NCBI GenBank assembly: GCA_002725015.1
Contig: PBQM01000038.1
Coordinates: 1-58,550, forward strand
Direction: 5' to 3'
DNA length: 58,550 bases
From: Flavobacteriaceae bacterium
GTDB taxonomy: Bacteria; Bacteroidota; Bacteroidia; Flavobacteriales; Flavobacteriaceae
Below the pieces are notes generated by a model, which was given only the letters and a program-made list of their open reading frames with translations, did no database searches and was not told where the DNA came from. Both the position numbers and the translations under genes were made by a program. Positions 48,615 through 58,123 of the stretch are shown here, piece after piece. Positions within the stretch are counted from its first letter, which is position 1. Each line of letters opens with the position of its first letter.

Positions 48615-49207
48615 GATTCACTGTGCTTTCCCTTGTCCCAACCCTGTTTTGCCAAGTAGGTATTTCCACTTTCTATCGCTCCTTCTTCAATGCTTGTGCC
48701 CATAGAATCATTCCAGCGGTTTAGGTATCCAAAAAGTGAAATGACGCCCAGCATTTCAACTATTTCCCCTTCATTCCAATAGGTGTACAATTGTTCCTTT
48801 AGAGACTCGTCTACCGCATTGGGAATAACGGAGGCTGCCAGACTAAAATCTAATGCGACACGCTCTGCCTCACTAAATGCCGCATGTGTTTTATATTCCC
48901 ATAGGTGGTTAAGTTTTTCTTTTTCTGCGCCATAGCGTGCGGCAGCTCGTATGGCGTGGGCTTGGCAATAACGACAACCACTGGCATTGCTGCCAACCCA
49001 AGCCATCATCCGTTTCAAAGCGGATGTAACACGCCCTTTGTTGGACATGACTGCTTTATTCAAGTTAATAAAGGCCTTGCTGATTTCTGGGCGGTGTTGC
49101 ATTGTAAGCACTGAATTTGGGCAAAAACCCAAAGTTTCATTAAAAAAATTCGCCAGTGCTTTTGTTTCTGTATCATGATCGGGTTTTAAAGGTTTGACGA
49201 GTGGCAT
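48611..49207 (-). CDS. AhpD/carboxymuconolactone decarboxylase family peroxidase-like protein
   Basis: GFCPNS, GCRYCQAH motif, FSEAERVALDF, GYLNRWND; start moved to ATG 49207. Confidence 0.87.
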   Translation of the reverse strand: MPLVKPLKPDHDTETKALANFFNETLGFCPNSVLTMQHRPEISKAFINLNKAVMSNKGRVTSALKRMMAWVGSNASGCRYCQAHAIRAAARYGAEKEKLNHLWEYKTHAAFSEAERVALDFSLAASVIPNAVDESLKEQLYTYWNEGEIVEMLGVISLFGYLNRWNDSMGTSIEEGAIESGNTYLAKQGWDKGKHSES

Positions 49208-49262
49208 TTTTAAAATTTTTAATAGTATTTTTGAGTGAACAAGAAACAAAAATATTTTTATT

Positions 49263-49685
49263 ATGGCCCATAAAACCACCACCCATTGGAGAGGGGGTAT
49301 GCTCTTTGAGTCTGACAATCCAAGCGGCAACAACGTTTTGATGGACACAAAACAAACAGCCGGACCTTTACAAAAGGGCCTATCTCCCAAAGCAATGATG
49401 TTGTCTTCGCTGGCAGGATGTTCTGGAATCGATATTGTTGACATTCTAAAAAAAATGAAGATAACAGAATACAATTTAAAAATTGTTGCAGAAGGAGAAT
49501 TGACAGGCGAACATCCAAAATACTACCATACTGTGGCTGTTGATTATTTTTTTTCTGGGCCTAAACTCGATAAAAAAAAATGCCGACGCGCGGTACAACT
49601 CTCCGTAGAAAAATACTGTGGCGTGATGGAAATGTTTCGAAAATTTGCAAATGTCAAGACTCAAACTCATTTTAATTCTAATTGA
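49263..49685 (+). CDS. OsmC family protein (YhfA-like)
   Basis: SPKAMMLSSLAGCSGID and LSVEKYCGV two-Cys motifs. Confidence 0.9.
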   Translation: MAHKTTTHWRGGMLFESDNPSGNNVLMDTKQTAGPLQKGLSPKAMMLSSLAGCSGIDIVDILKKMKITEYNLKIVAEGELTGEHPKYYHTVAVDYFFSGPKLDKKKCRRAVQLSVEKYCGVMEMFRKFANVKTQTHFNSN

Positions 49686-49687
49686 GC

Positions 49688-51379
49688 ATGCGTTGGACAC
49701 TCAAACCCAATCCTGAAAAAAGTCGCGTCCAGCAGTTGGCAGTGGCATTGGGTGTAGATCTTCCCATTGCCCGTCTTTTGGTTCAACGTGGTATAGAAAA
49801 TTTTGATCAAGCCAAGGATTTTTTTCGCCCACAGTTGCGAGACTTGCACGACCCATTTTTAATGAAGGATATGGACAAGGCGGTGGCGAGGATTCAGCGT
49901 GCATTGTCCAATAAAGAAAGGATTTTAGTTTATGGAGATTACGACGTAGATGGCACCACTTCAGTGGCTTTGCTAGCTTCTTATTTGGAAGGCAAAACTT
50001 CTGAAATTACCACCTACATCCCTGACCGATTTACGGAAGGATACGGTGTCTCGCAGCAGGGAATTGACTATGCTTTTGACAATGATTTAAGTCTTATTAT
50101 TGCTTTGGATTGCGGGGTTAAGGCCATTGAAAAAGTACAGTACGCCAAAGACAAAGGAATTGATTTTATTATCTGTGACCACCACCGCCCTGCAGATAAA
50201 TTACCGGCTGCCGTTGCGGTATTAGACCCCAAACGCTCAGACTGTGATTATCCGTTTAAAGAACTTTGTGGTTGTGGTGTCGGCTTTAAACTAATTCAAG
50301 CCCTTGGGCAAAAATATAATGAATCCATTGAAGATTTAATGCCTTATTTAGATCTAGTTGCCACTGCTATTGGCGCCGATATTGTACCAGTGGTTGCTGA
50401 GAATCGCATCTTGTCTTATTATGGGCTAAAAGTATTGAATTCAAATCCCAGACCTGGATTTCAAGCACTCATAGAAGAGTTAAAAAAATCTGTTTTAACA
50501 CTCACAGATGTGGTCTTTGTGATTGCACCACGCATCAATGCAGCGGGGCGAATGAAGCATGGAAATTATGCGGTTTCTTTATTAAAAGAAACAGATTTAA
50601 AACAAGCCAAATTGGCGGCGCAGGAGATTGAAACATTTAATTCTAACCGCCGTACTTTGGATCAAGAAATCACCAAACAAGCGCTTATACAAATTGAAAA
50701 GGACGATGCGATTAACAAGGCTACGACCGTTGTTTACAACCCCAATTGGAATAAAGGTGTGATTGGAATCGTTGCTTCAAGACTCATTGAAACGCATTAC
50801 CGTCCAACGCTTGTTTTCACCAAAAGCGGCGATTTACTCACGGCCTCAGCCCGATCCGTTCGCGGCTTTGATGTATATACAGCATTGCAAAATTGTGCGG
50901 CCTTTATTGAACAATTTGGAGGTCATAAATACGCGGCTGGATTGAGTATTAAGGAAAGTAATTATACCGCCTTTAAAGCTGCTTTTGAATCGGAGGTGGC
51001 AAAAACCCTACCAACTCAATTAAAAACGCCAGAACTTTTAATTGATGCTGAACTGGAGTTGGTTGATATTACCCCCAAATTTTATAGAATTTTAAAACAA
51101 TTCGCTCCTTTTGGCCCTCTAAATATGTCACCCGTTTTTACAACTAATGCCGTCTGCGATTCTGGCTATGGGAAATGCGTTGGTCAAGACAACAAACACT
51201 TAAAAATAAGTGTCCAACAAAACAATTCAAGACCGGTCAATAGTATTGGTTTTGGACTGGGAAGTAAACTTAATCTGGTTAAAAATAGCGCCCTTTTCAA
51301 CATTGCGTATTCAATAGAGGAGAATTCGTGGAATGACCGTGTAAGCCTTCAATTAAAACTCAAAGATCTCAAACCGTAA
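49688..51379 (+). CDS. recJ: Single-stranded DNA exonuclease RecJ
   Basis: YGDYDVDG, DCG, CDHH, APRINAAGR, GGHKYAAG. Confidence 0.96.
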   Translation: MRWTLKPNPEKSRVQQLAVALGVDLPIARLLVQRGIENFDQAKDFFRPQLRDLHDPFLMKDMDKAVARIQRALSNKERILVYGDYDVDGTTSVALLASYLEGKTSEITTYIPDRFTEGYGVSQQGIDYAFDNDLSLIIALDCGVKAIEKVQYAKDKGIDFIICDHHRPADKLPAAVAVLDPKRSDCDYPFKELCGCGVGFKLIQALGQKYNESIEDLMPYLDLVATAIGADIVPVVAENRILSYYGLKVLNSNPRPGFQALIEELKKSVLTLTDVVFVIAPRINAAGRMKHGNYAVSLLKETDLKQAKLAAQEIETFNSNRRTLDQEITKQALIQIEKDDAINKATTVVYNPNWNKGVIGIVASRLIETHYRPTLVFTKSGDLLTASARSVRGFDVYTALQNCAAFIEQFGGHKYAAGLSIKESNYTAFKAAFESEVAKTLPTQLKTPELLIDAELELVDITPKFYRILKQFAPFGPLNMSPVFTTNAVCDSGYGKCVGQDNKHLKISVQQNNSRPVNSIGFGLGSKLNLVKNSALFNIAYSIEENSWNDRVSLQLKLKDLKP

Positions 51380-51382
51380 TTT

Positions 51383-52645
51383 ATGCCTAGAAAAGATCCT
51401 TATGCGGCCTTGAGATTTAAAGAGTTTAATATTTTTTTGTTGCTTCGATTTGTATTGGTGTTTGCCTGGTCCATGCAGTTTATAGTTATTGAGTGGCAAG
51501 TCTACTCTTTGACGAAAGACCCCTTGTCTCTTGGAATTATTGGTCTTATGGAAATCATACCCGCCCTGAGCATGGCCTTATTTGCTGGGCATATAGTGGA
51601 TCAACGCGAAAAGCGAAATTTGTTCTTGTGGTGTATTGGGTTGTTTTCATTGATTAGTTTGGGACTGTTTTTTCTTTCTAAAGACTCTGTAATGACCCTT
51701 TGGAATCAAAAATCTATTTTGTACTGTATTTATGGGTTTGTGTTTTTTGGGGGCTTGTTACGGGCCTTTTTTGGGCCTACAATCTTTTCTTTGGTGGCGC
51801 TTATTGTGCCCAAAAAAATATATCCAAATGCCGCTACATGGAGCAGTTCAACTTGGCAAATGGCCTCTATTTTAGGCCCAGCTGTGGCTGGGCTTACCAT
51901 CAATTGGATGGGTGTACACTGGTCGTTATGTGTTGTTTTTATTCTTGTGGTATTGTCTTTTTTATTGGGATTGTTAATAAGTAGAAAACCGGTACTGAAT
52001 CCAAAAATTGGAGAGCCTGTTATTCAAAGTTTAAAAGAAGGGGTGCGCTTTGTGTTCCAAACCAAGGCAATTTTAGGCGCTTTGAGCTTGGATATGATCG
52101 CTGTACTTTTTGGGGGCGCTGTAGCGCTTTTACCAGTTTTTGCACAAGACATTCTAAAAGTTGGTCCAGAGGGCTTTGGGGTTCTAAGAGCGGCTCCTGC
52201 GGTAGGGGCCTTTTTAACCATGCTCACCACTGCCTATATTCCAATCAGTCGCAGGGCTGGAATGAAATTGCTGATAGCCGTCTTTGGATTTGGTATTTCT
52301 ATCATTGTTTTTGGACTTTCCTCTGTGTTTTGGATTTCGGTTGTTGCACTGTTTTTTAGTGGGGTTACCGACGGGGTTTCTATGGTCATTAGACAAACAA
52401 TTTTACAACTTAAAACCCCAGATCATATGCGAGGTCGAGTTTCATCCGTAAATTCAATGTTTGTAGGATCTTCAAATGAGTTGGGGGCTTTTGAGAGTGG
52501 TTTGACTGCCAAATTGATGGGAACTGTAAGGGCCGTTGTTTTTGGGGGAACCATGACTTTGATAACAGTTTTCACCACTGGAATTGTATCTCCAAGCTTT
52601 AGAAATTTAGATTTAGAAAAAGATTTTAATGCAGATGAAGGCTAA
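51383..52645 (+). CDS. MFS transporter (EntS/MFS_3-like)
   Basis: 12 TM; AGHIVDQ; TPDHMRGRVSSVNSMF. Confidence 0.9.
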   Translation: MPRKDPYAALRFKEFNIFLLLRFVLVFAWSMQFIVIEWQVYSLTKDPLSLGIIGLMEIIPALSMALFAGHIVDQREKRNLFLWCIGLFSLISLGLFFLSKDSVMTLWNQKSILYCIYGFVFFGGLLRAFFGPTIFSLVALIVPKKIYPNAATWSSSTWQMASILGPAVAGLTINWMGVHWSLCVVFILVVLSFLLGLLISRKPVLNPKIGEPVIQSLKEGVRFVFQTKAILGALSLDMIAVLFGGAVALLPVFAQDILKVGPEGFGVLRAAPAVGAFLTMLTTAYIPISRRAGMKLLIAVFGFGISIIVFGLSSVFWISVVALFFSGVTDGVSMVIRQTILQLKTPDHMRGRVSSVNSMFVGSSNELGAFESGLTAKLMGTVRAVVFGGTMTLITVFTTGIVSPSFRNLDLEKDFNADEG

Positions 52646-52649
52646 TAAA

Positions 52650-52966
52650 GTAAAACGGGGAGTTTTATGTGGAGCAGGCTTTGAAACACCTTCTGAAGCT
52701 TTGTATTTAAAAAAGAAACTGATTGTCATACCAATGAAAAACCAGTATGAACAACAATGTAATGCGTCGGCTTTAAAAAACCTAGGTATTCCTGTTTTAT
52801 ATGATTTTAATGAGACTGCTGTTGAAGATTTAAATCTTGGGTCAGTTCAAAGAAAATAGTTAAGGTAGATTACTCAGAATCGCCTCAAAAAATAGTAAAT
52901 CAAGTCTTTTTAGATTTTATAAAAAATAAATCTATGGCAAACAGACTGGCAGGGACCGATAGTTAG
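52650..52966 (+). pseudogene. C-terminal remnant of an MJ1255/VC2487-type (GT1/GT28-like) glycosyltransferase, 5'-deleted and frameshifted
   Basis: GVLCGAGFETPSEALYLKKKLIVIPMKNQYEQQCNASAL is a GT-B nucleotide-sugar-binding segment; after a shift near 52832 another frame continues SWVSSKKIVKVDYSESPQKIV... to TAG 52964-52966. Confidence 0.75.
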
Positions 52967-53733
52967 TCTGTATTATATTTCTCTAGCTTGAATTCTCGCC
53001 CATCAAACACCCCATAAGAGAAATGGGTGATCCAATCCCCTAAGTTAAAATAGGTTGATTTTTGGTTTAGTGGCACCTCTAGCGGCAAGTGGCGGTGGCC
53101 AAACAAGAAGTAATCATAATGCCTATGCTCTAATTTTCTGCGGGCATATTGGGTAAGCCATTCGCTTTCATTTCCTTTAAACTTCAAATCATTGTTCCCA
53201 GAAATAAGTTTATTTTTTAAGGAAAGATATTGGGCAAAGCGCACTCCAAAATCTGGATGTATCCAGCGGTAAAGCCATTTAAAAAAGGAATTCGAAAAAA
53301 CTTTTTTTAGGCGTTTATAGCCTTTGTCGTGCGGTCCCAAGCCATCACCATGTCCAATAAAAAATAGTTTTTCATTTAATTCAAATTCCTGTGGCTTATT
53401 GTAAACCACAATACTAAATTCCTCCTCAAAATAGTTGCGCATCCACATATCGTGATTTCCTGCGAAAAAGTGAATTTCAATCCCGTGATCACTCAACTCA
53501 GCCAATTTCCCCAACACTCTGGTAAAGCCTTTTGGGATGACCTGTTTATATTCAAACCAAAAGTCAAAAAGATCACCAAGAATAAATAGAACTTCTGCAT
53601 CTTTTTTTATCTTATCTAACCAAGCGACGAACTTTTCCTCTCTAGGTTTGGAAGCCTTTTTTGAGGGGGCTCCAAAATGATGGTCTGAGGTAAAATAAAT
53701 CTTTTTCCCCTTAGGAATTTGGATGGTTTTCAT
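52963..53733 (-). CDS. lpxH: UDP-2,3-diacylglucosamine diphosphatase (LpxH-like metallophosphoesterase)
   Basis: SDHHFG, GDLFDFW, GNHD, GHGDG, FGHRH, NLGDW. Confidence 0.88.
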   Translation of the reverse strand: MKTIQIPKGKKIYFTSDHHFGAPSKKASKPREEKFVAWLDKIKKDAEVLFILGDLFDFWFEYKQVIPKGFTRVLGKLAELSDHGIEIHFFAGNHDMWMRNYFEEEFSIVVYNKPQEFELNEKLFFIGHGDGLGPHDKGYKRLKKVFSNSFFKWLYRWIHPDFGVRFAQYLSLKNKLISGNNDLKFKGNESEWLTQYARRKLEHRHYDYFLFGHRHLPLEVPLNQKSTYFNLGDWITHFSYGVFDGREFKLEKYNTD

Positions 53734-53738
53734 ACACT

Positions 53739-54191
53739 TTATTCATTATCACTTGCATACCACTCTGCAAAACAGCTGGCAGTTTCTCGAAGTTTAAGGG
53801 CGTGTAAATGGATGTTGTTTGGGAGGCGTTTTTTAATTTTTTCTGCAAAATCAATGACCAACATTTCACTGGTTGGTTGATAGTCTACAAGTACAACTTT
53901 ATGGCCACTGCACTGTAAGTCTTTTGCCAATTTTAAATGCGGGCTGTTTTTGTTAAAAATTGTGGCGTGGTCTAGGGGATCTACAATTTCTTTTTTGACT
54001 ATTTTCTTTAAATCAGAAAAGTCCATAATCATTCCAAATTTTGGGCTTGCAGCGTCAGTAACAGGACTGCCACACAAGCTAACGTCTAGTCTGTAGCTGT
54101 GCCCGTGAATGTTTTTGCATTTACCGTCGTGGCCATATAAAGCATGACCAGTTTCAAAGGTGAATTGTTTGGTGATTCTTATTTTAGTCAT
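53739..54191 (-). CDS. queD: 6-carboxytetrahydropterin synthase (PTPS family)
   Basis: FETGHAL, CKNIHGHSY, DFSDLK, LDH, PTSE, LRET; ATG 54191. Confidence 0.87.
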   Translation of the reverse strand: MTKIRITKQFTFETGHALYGHDGKCKNIHGHSYRLDVSLCGSPVTDAASPKFGMIMDFSDLKKIVKKEIVDPLDHATIFNKNSPHLKLAKDLQCSGHKVVLVDYQPTSEMLVIDFAEKIKKRLPNNIHLHALKLRETASCFAEWYASDNE

Positions 54192-54226
54192 TATGAAAAT
54201 TATATTTAACAATAACCCAAGCAAAG

Positions 54227-55567
54227 TTAGTGTTTTCGAACTTGCGGTAAAAATTGTTTTCTAAATTTCAATATCAATGGCAGACCTCTTGCGATGATCC
54301 AAAACGTAAAAGCCCATAAGATCCCATGTAATTTTAGGCCTAAATAATGCCCTAATAAAAGGGCGGGTATAAATATAAAAAATGTTGCCCCTAACAATAC
54401 ATTTCTCAGTACTTTCATTTTCCCAAGTCCCTTAAACATACCATCATAAACAAAGGTGATGGCGCAAAGTGGCTGCATGACCAATACAATCCAAAACACA
54501 CTGTAAAATGTTGCCAAAACCAAAGGATCTGAAGTGAAAATTCCACCAATATATTTATAAAAAAGACCTCCCAAGCCGGCCATGATAAATCCAACCACCA
54601 ATGCCTTTTTGGTAAGGCGATGACTCAGTTCAATTAGGCTGTCAAACTGTTTAGCACCCAATAATTTTCCTGACAAAATATTCCCCGCACTGGCGTATCC
54701 GTCTACCGCAAAGGCAGCAAAAAACCATAAATTAATAGCAACGGTGTAAGCAGCAATATAATTGGTTCCATATGCGGTTGCAAAACTTGTCGCAAAATAC
54801 AGGGCCAGGTTAAGGGCCAGGGTTCTTAGAATGAGATTCCCTATCATGGCTAAAAATTTTGGCAACTCTTTGTTCATTGGCGTCTTAATTTTTAAAGAAA
54901 TCGCCGTGTTTTTTAAAATGAGGATTGTAGACAGCAGTGCCATAATCATTTGGGCGAATACACTGGCCAAAGCCGCCCCTTTTAGATTCATTGGATCCAT
55001 GACGCCCGTAATTCCATAAACCAAAATAAAGTCTAAAATAATATTAGAAAAGGCTCCAATAATGGCAACGATCATTGGGTGGTAAGTGTTTTGCAGCCCC
55101 CTAAACACGCCAAAGACCGCAAAGGTATAAAGTGTAAAAGGAAATCCAATGATGCGTATTTTATAATAGTCTACGCTATAATCGAGGAGTATACCAGAGG
55201 CATTATAAAATTTAAAAATGGCTTCACTAAAAGGAACGGTTGCCCCGCAAATTAAAAGACTTAAAACAATTATAATACCAATGGCTTGTGCGGGAAGGTT
55301 TTGAACATCTTTGAGTTTGTCAGCTCCAAGATACTGAGATATGATGGCTGATATGGCCGATCGGGATTGCCCTAAGACCCATATGAGCATGGATAAAAAG
55401 GAGGAAACAATGCCAACGGCTGCAAGAGACTCAGTCGCATTTGAGGAAATATGGCCTACAATGGCTGCATCTGTTAAAGACAGTATAGGCTCTGAAATAC
55501 CTGCAATAATGGCTGGGATGGCCAGCCGGTTGATTTGTTGGTTGCTGAGCGTTGTCTTTAAAGTCAT
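54227..55567 (-). CDS. MATE family efflux transporter (DinF-like)
   Basis: LAIPAII, LTDAAIVGH, FRGLQNT, NIILD, GAALAS. Confidence 0.9.
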   Translation of the reverse strand: MTLKTTLSNQQINRLAIPAIIAGISEPILSLTDAAIVGHISSNATESLAAVGIVSSFLSMLIWVLGQSRSAISAIISQYLGADKLKDVQNLPAQAIGIIIVLSLLICGATVPFSEAIFKFYNASGILLDYSVDYYKIRIIGFPFTLYTFAVFGVFRGLQNTYHPMIVAIIGAFSNIILDFILVYGITGVMDPMNLKGAALASVFAQMIMALLSTILILKNTAISLKIKTPMNKELPKFLAMIGNLILRTLALNLALYFATSFATAYGTNYIAAYTVAINLWFFAAFAVDGYASAGNILSGKLLGAKQFDSLIELSHRLTKKALVVGFIMAGLGGLFYKYIGGIFTSDPLVLATFYSVFWIVLVMQPLCAITFVYDGMFKGLGKMKVLRNVLLGATFFIFIPALLLGHYLGLKLHGILWAFTFWIIARGLPLILKFRKQFLPQVRKH

Positions 55568-55654
55568 TGTAATAAAATCAAAAATTTTCTAAATACCATA
55601 TGGTTTTATTGACATGTGAATCTGTACTGAAAATTTATTAGAGGATCAGTTGTT

Positions 55655-56044
55655 TTAGTTTGACCCCGCAGCTGGGGTTGTAAAACTAATTTCGTTTCCG
55701 TAAAAAGCCCCAGCGCTATTGGCGATAAAAGTTCTGACATAATATGAGGTTTCGGGGCTTAAATTGTTTGCTGTCGCGCTGATCATTGTACCATTGGCGA
55801 GAATCACAGCATCGTTGACAGTCGGGAAATTATTGGTGTCAAAAACAAAGCCTTGTTGGGCACCTTCCGGAATGGGGCAGTCCAAAGAAATGATCGCAAT
55901 GCTCCCCGAAAACCGCGCTGAATCTGCATTGATATTAGTGGCTTCATCGGTTTCCAGGCTGTGTTCTGAGTTGCAGGGGTCGGCGCCCTGATCGACGCTG
56001 CAGGAAAATCCTAGTAAAATTAAAATTATAAAGCGTTTTTTCAT
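55655..56044 (-). CDS. Lipoprotein with a single FN3-like domain
   Basis: Lipobox LGFSC; NLSPETSYYVRTFIANSAGAFYGNEISFTT. Confidence 0.75.
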   Translation of the reverse strand: MKKRFIILILLGFSCSVDQGADPCNSEHSLETDEATNINADSARFSGSIAIISLDCPIPEGAQQGFVFDTNNFPTVNDAVILANGTMISATANNLSPETSYYVRTFIANSAGAFYGNEISFTTPAAGSN

Positions 56045-56081
56045 GGCAGTATTTTATTTAAGCAGCGGCTTTGTTTTACGG

Positions 56082-56882
56082 TTATTTATTTAAAGCATTT
56101 AAGAAGTCAATAGATTTTGTAAAGATTTCTTTAAAATAAGCGTCTTTTTTGTTCTGCATCCAAAAGCCATGTCCTTTACCTTCAAATAAAACAAATTCAG
56201 CGGGTCTATTGTTTTCAAGCATTTTTTTATGGAAGTTTTTTGCAATTTGTAAAAGATAATCTTTGTCTCCAATAAAAATGAGGGCGGCAGGTGTCTCTTT
56301 ATTTATATTATCAACAGGAGAAATTGGACTGAGATCTGAGGTGCCTAACCAACGAGTCGTTCTGTATTTTGTTGGATTTCCCATCGCCAGTAAAATCATG
56401 GAATTAGGCTTGGAAGTGGCCCCATGGATTGGATCCTCTAAAGTTCCCAGCGCACTGGCCAAATAACCTCCAGAAGAATATCCAAAAGCGGTTATTTTAC
56501 TATCGTCTAGCGCAAACCGATCGGCATTTTTCCTTACAAAAGCGAAAGCATCTCTTGCATCACTGATACAGTCTAAAGCGGTCACATTTTCACGGCTTTT
56601 AACTCGGTAATCTGCCAAAAATGCAACATACCCATTTTCAGAGAATTCTTGAGCAATGTTTTCCAGTTGGTTTAAATTTCGTTTGATAAGTGCCCCACCA
56701 AAGTAGAAAACAATTGAGGGGTATTGTTTTGTTTTTTCCCATGTGGGGGGTTTAAAACTGTAAATTTTTAAGTTTCTGTCGGCAGTCTCTTTATAGGTAA
56801 AATGATCGGTTGCTTTGGTTACTGCTCTTTGGCTAAAGGCAACCAATGGAATAATAAATAAACAAATCATTAATTTTTTCAT
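56082..56882 (-). CDS. Secreted alpha/beta hydrolase (esterase/lipase, BD-FAE-like)
   Basis: FGGA oxyanion motif, DYRV, GYSSGG nucleophile, GDKD, GHGF. Confidence 0.87.
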   Translation of the reverse strand: MKKLMICLFIIPLVAFSQRAVTKATDHFTYKETADRNLKIYSFKPPTWEKTKQYPSIVFYFGGALIKRNLNQLENIAQEFSENGYVAFLADYRVKSRENVTALDCISDARDAFAFVRKNADRFALDDSKITAFGYSSGGYLASALGTLEDPIHGATSKPNSMILLAMGNPTKYRTTRWLGTSDLSPISPVDNINKETPAALIFIGDKDYLLQIAKNFHKKMLENNRPAEFVLFEGKGHGFWMQNKKDAYFKEIFTKSIDFLNALNK

Positions 56883-56958
56883 CTTGTGTGATTTTATTTT
56901 TCAAATTTACCTATTTATATAAGGACTAAATATTAAATTTATAACAATTTAAGGATCT

Positions 56959-57525
56959 ATGGATATCAATACACTCATTGCTTCAAGAAGGGCAGTCTAC
57001 CCCAGCCAATTTAACTCAGGCGATATAGAAACAGCCACACTGCTTCAATTGTTTAAAAACGCCAATATGGCCCCCACCCACAAAATGACACAGCCTTGGT
57101 TTTTTAAGGTCTATAAAAACCAACCCAAGAAGCATTTAGCTGCGGCCATGGTCCAAGCCATGAAAAAACAGAAGCTTGGTGATTTAAGGAATGGTTTTAA
57201 AGAAAAAAAGATTTTAGATAAATGTCAAATGAGCAATTGTATTGTTGGGATTTTTATGAAAAGGGCCACAGCGGTATCCATCCCCGAATGGGAGGAAATT
57301 GCAGCCGTTGCCATGGCCGTTCAAAACATTTGGCTAAGCTGTACAGACCAAAAAATTGGCTGCTATTGGAGCAGTCCTAAGTATGTAGAAACCATGCATT
57401 CTTTTTTCGATTTAGAGCCCAATGAGCGCTGCTTGGGTTTTATGTACCTTGGAAAGTTTGACCACCGCACACTGCCAGTCAAAGAACGGGGAAGTATCGA
57501 ATCTAGGCTTGAGTGGCGGGTTTAA
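56959..57525 (+). CDS. Nitroreductase family protein (YdjA-like)
   Basis: SRRAVYP, APTHKMTQPW, AMAVQNIWL, IGCYWSS, GFMYLG. Confidence 0.88.
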   Translation: MDINTLIASRRAVYPSQFNSGDIETATLLQLFKNANMAPTHKMTQPWFFKVYKNQPKKHLAAAMVQAMKKQKLGDLRNGFKEKKILDKCQMSNCIVGIFMKRATAVSIPEWEEIAAVAMAVQNIWLSCTDQKIGCYWSSPKYVETMHSFFDLEPNERCLGFMYLGKFDHRTLPVKERGSIESRLEWRV

Positions 57526-58037
57526 AACTTAAATTCTTCGTAGTTTTTCCCAACTTCTCTTTTGTATTGAACAATGGTTTGAATTTTGCCATCAACAATC
57601 CAAAAACGTTCAAACAATAAAGCCTTTTCAACGGTTCCATCTTTAAAATAACGGCTGTCATCAGAAGGAATGGATACTACTGCAATGGAGTCGTCCTCAA
57701 GGGTTTGTGTGGAGATGCCTTTAGGGTCCCAAAACAAGGAATCTAGACTTGCAAAGTAGTCGTTATAAAGCCCTTCGTTTACTTCCAGCATCTCTCCGGT
57801 ATGGGCATATATTTTGGCAGTCTCAGTAAACATGGCCGCAAGATTCTTGGCGTCCATTGCGTTGTAATATGTTCCTGCTTGTTTTATCAAATCAATGTTT
57901 TTTTGATCCCCTAATTTAAAAGATTTTCCAGCCATTTCAGTGGCATACCATTCGCCCACTGTGGTGGGTTCTGTTGTATTGTTTTTGCTGCAAGCCGCCA
58001 CAAGGATGACAGTAAAAGTAAGAACCAGTTTTTTCAT
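57522..58037 (-). CDS. Lipoprotein, NTF2/SnoaL-like fold
   Basis: Lipobox VAAC; YNAMDAKNLAAMFTETA and WIVDGKIQTIVQY resemble SnoaL/NTF2. Confidence 0.65.
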   Translation of the reverse strand: MKKLVLTFTVILVAACSKNNTTEPTTVGEWYATEMAGKSFKLGDQKNIDLIKQAGTYYNAMDAKNLAAMFTETAKIYAHTGEMLEVNEGLYNDYFASLDSLFWDPKGISTQTLEDDSIAVVSIPSDDSRYFKDGTVEKALLFERFWIVDGKIQTIVQYKREVGKNYEEFKF

Positions 58038-58123
58038 TTTATAAAAGATTTAAATTGTTTTACACAATTTAAAAAACCCCCATAAACTTAATTACTTTTG
58101 TAATAAAATTTAAATCATTTTTT

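Noticed and set aside
49208-49474. N-terminal extension of the AhpD-like ORF
   Set aside because: Antisense to osmC; the plausible start is ATG 49207
52629-52859. 76-aa ORF as an intact gene
   Set aside because: Its start lies inside the MFS gene and it is only a fragment of a glycosyltransferase; called as a pseudogene instead
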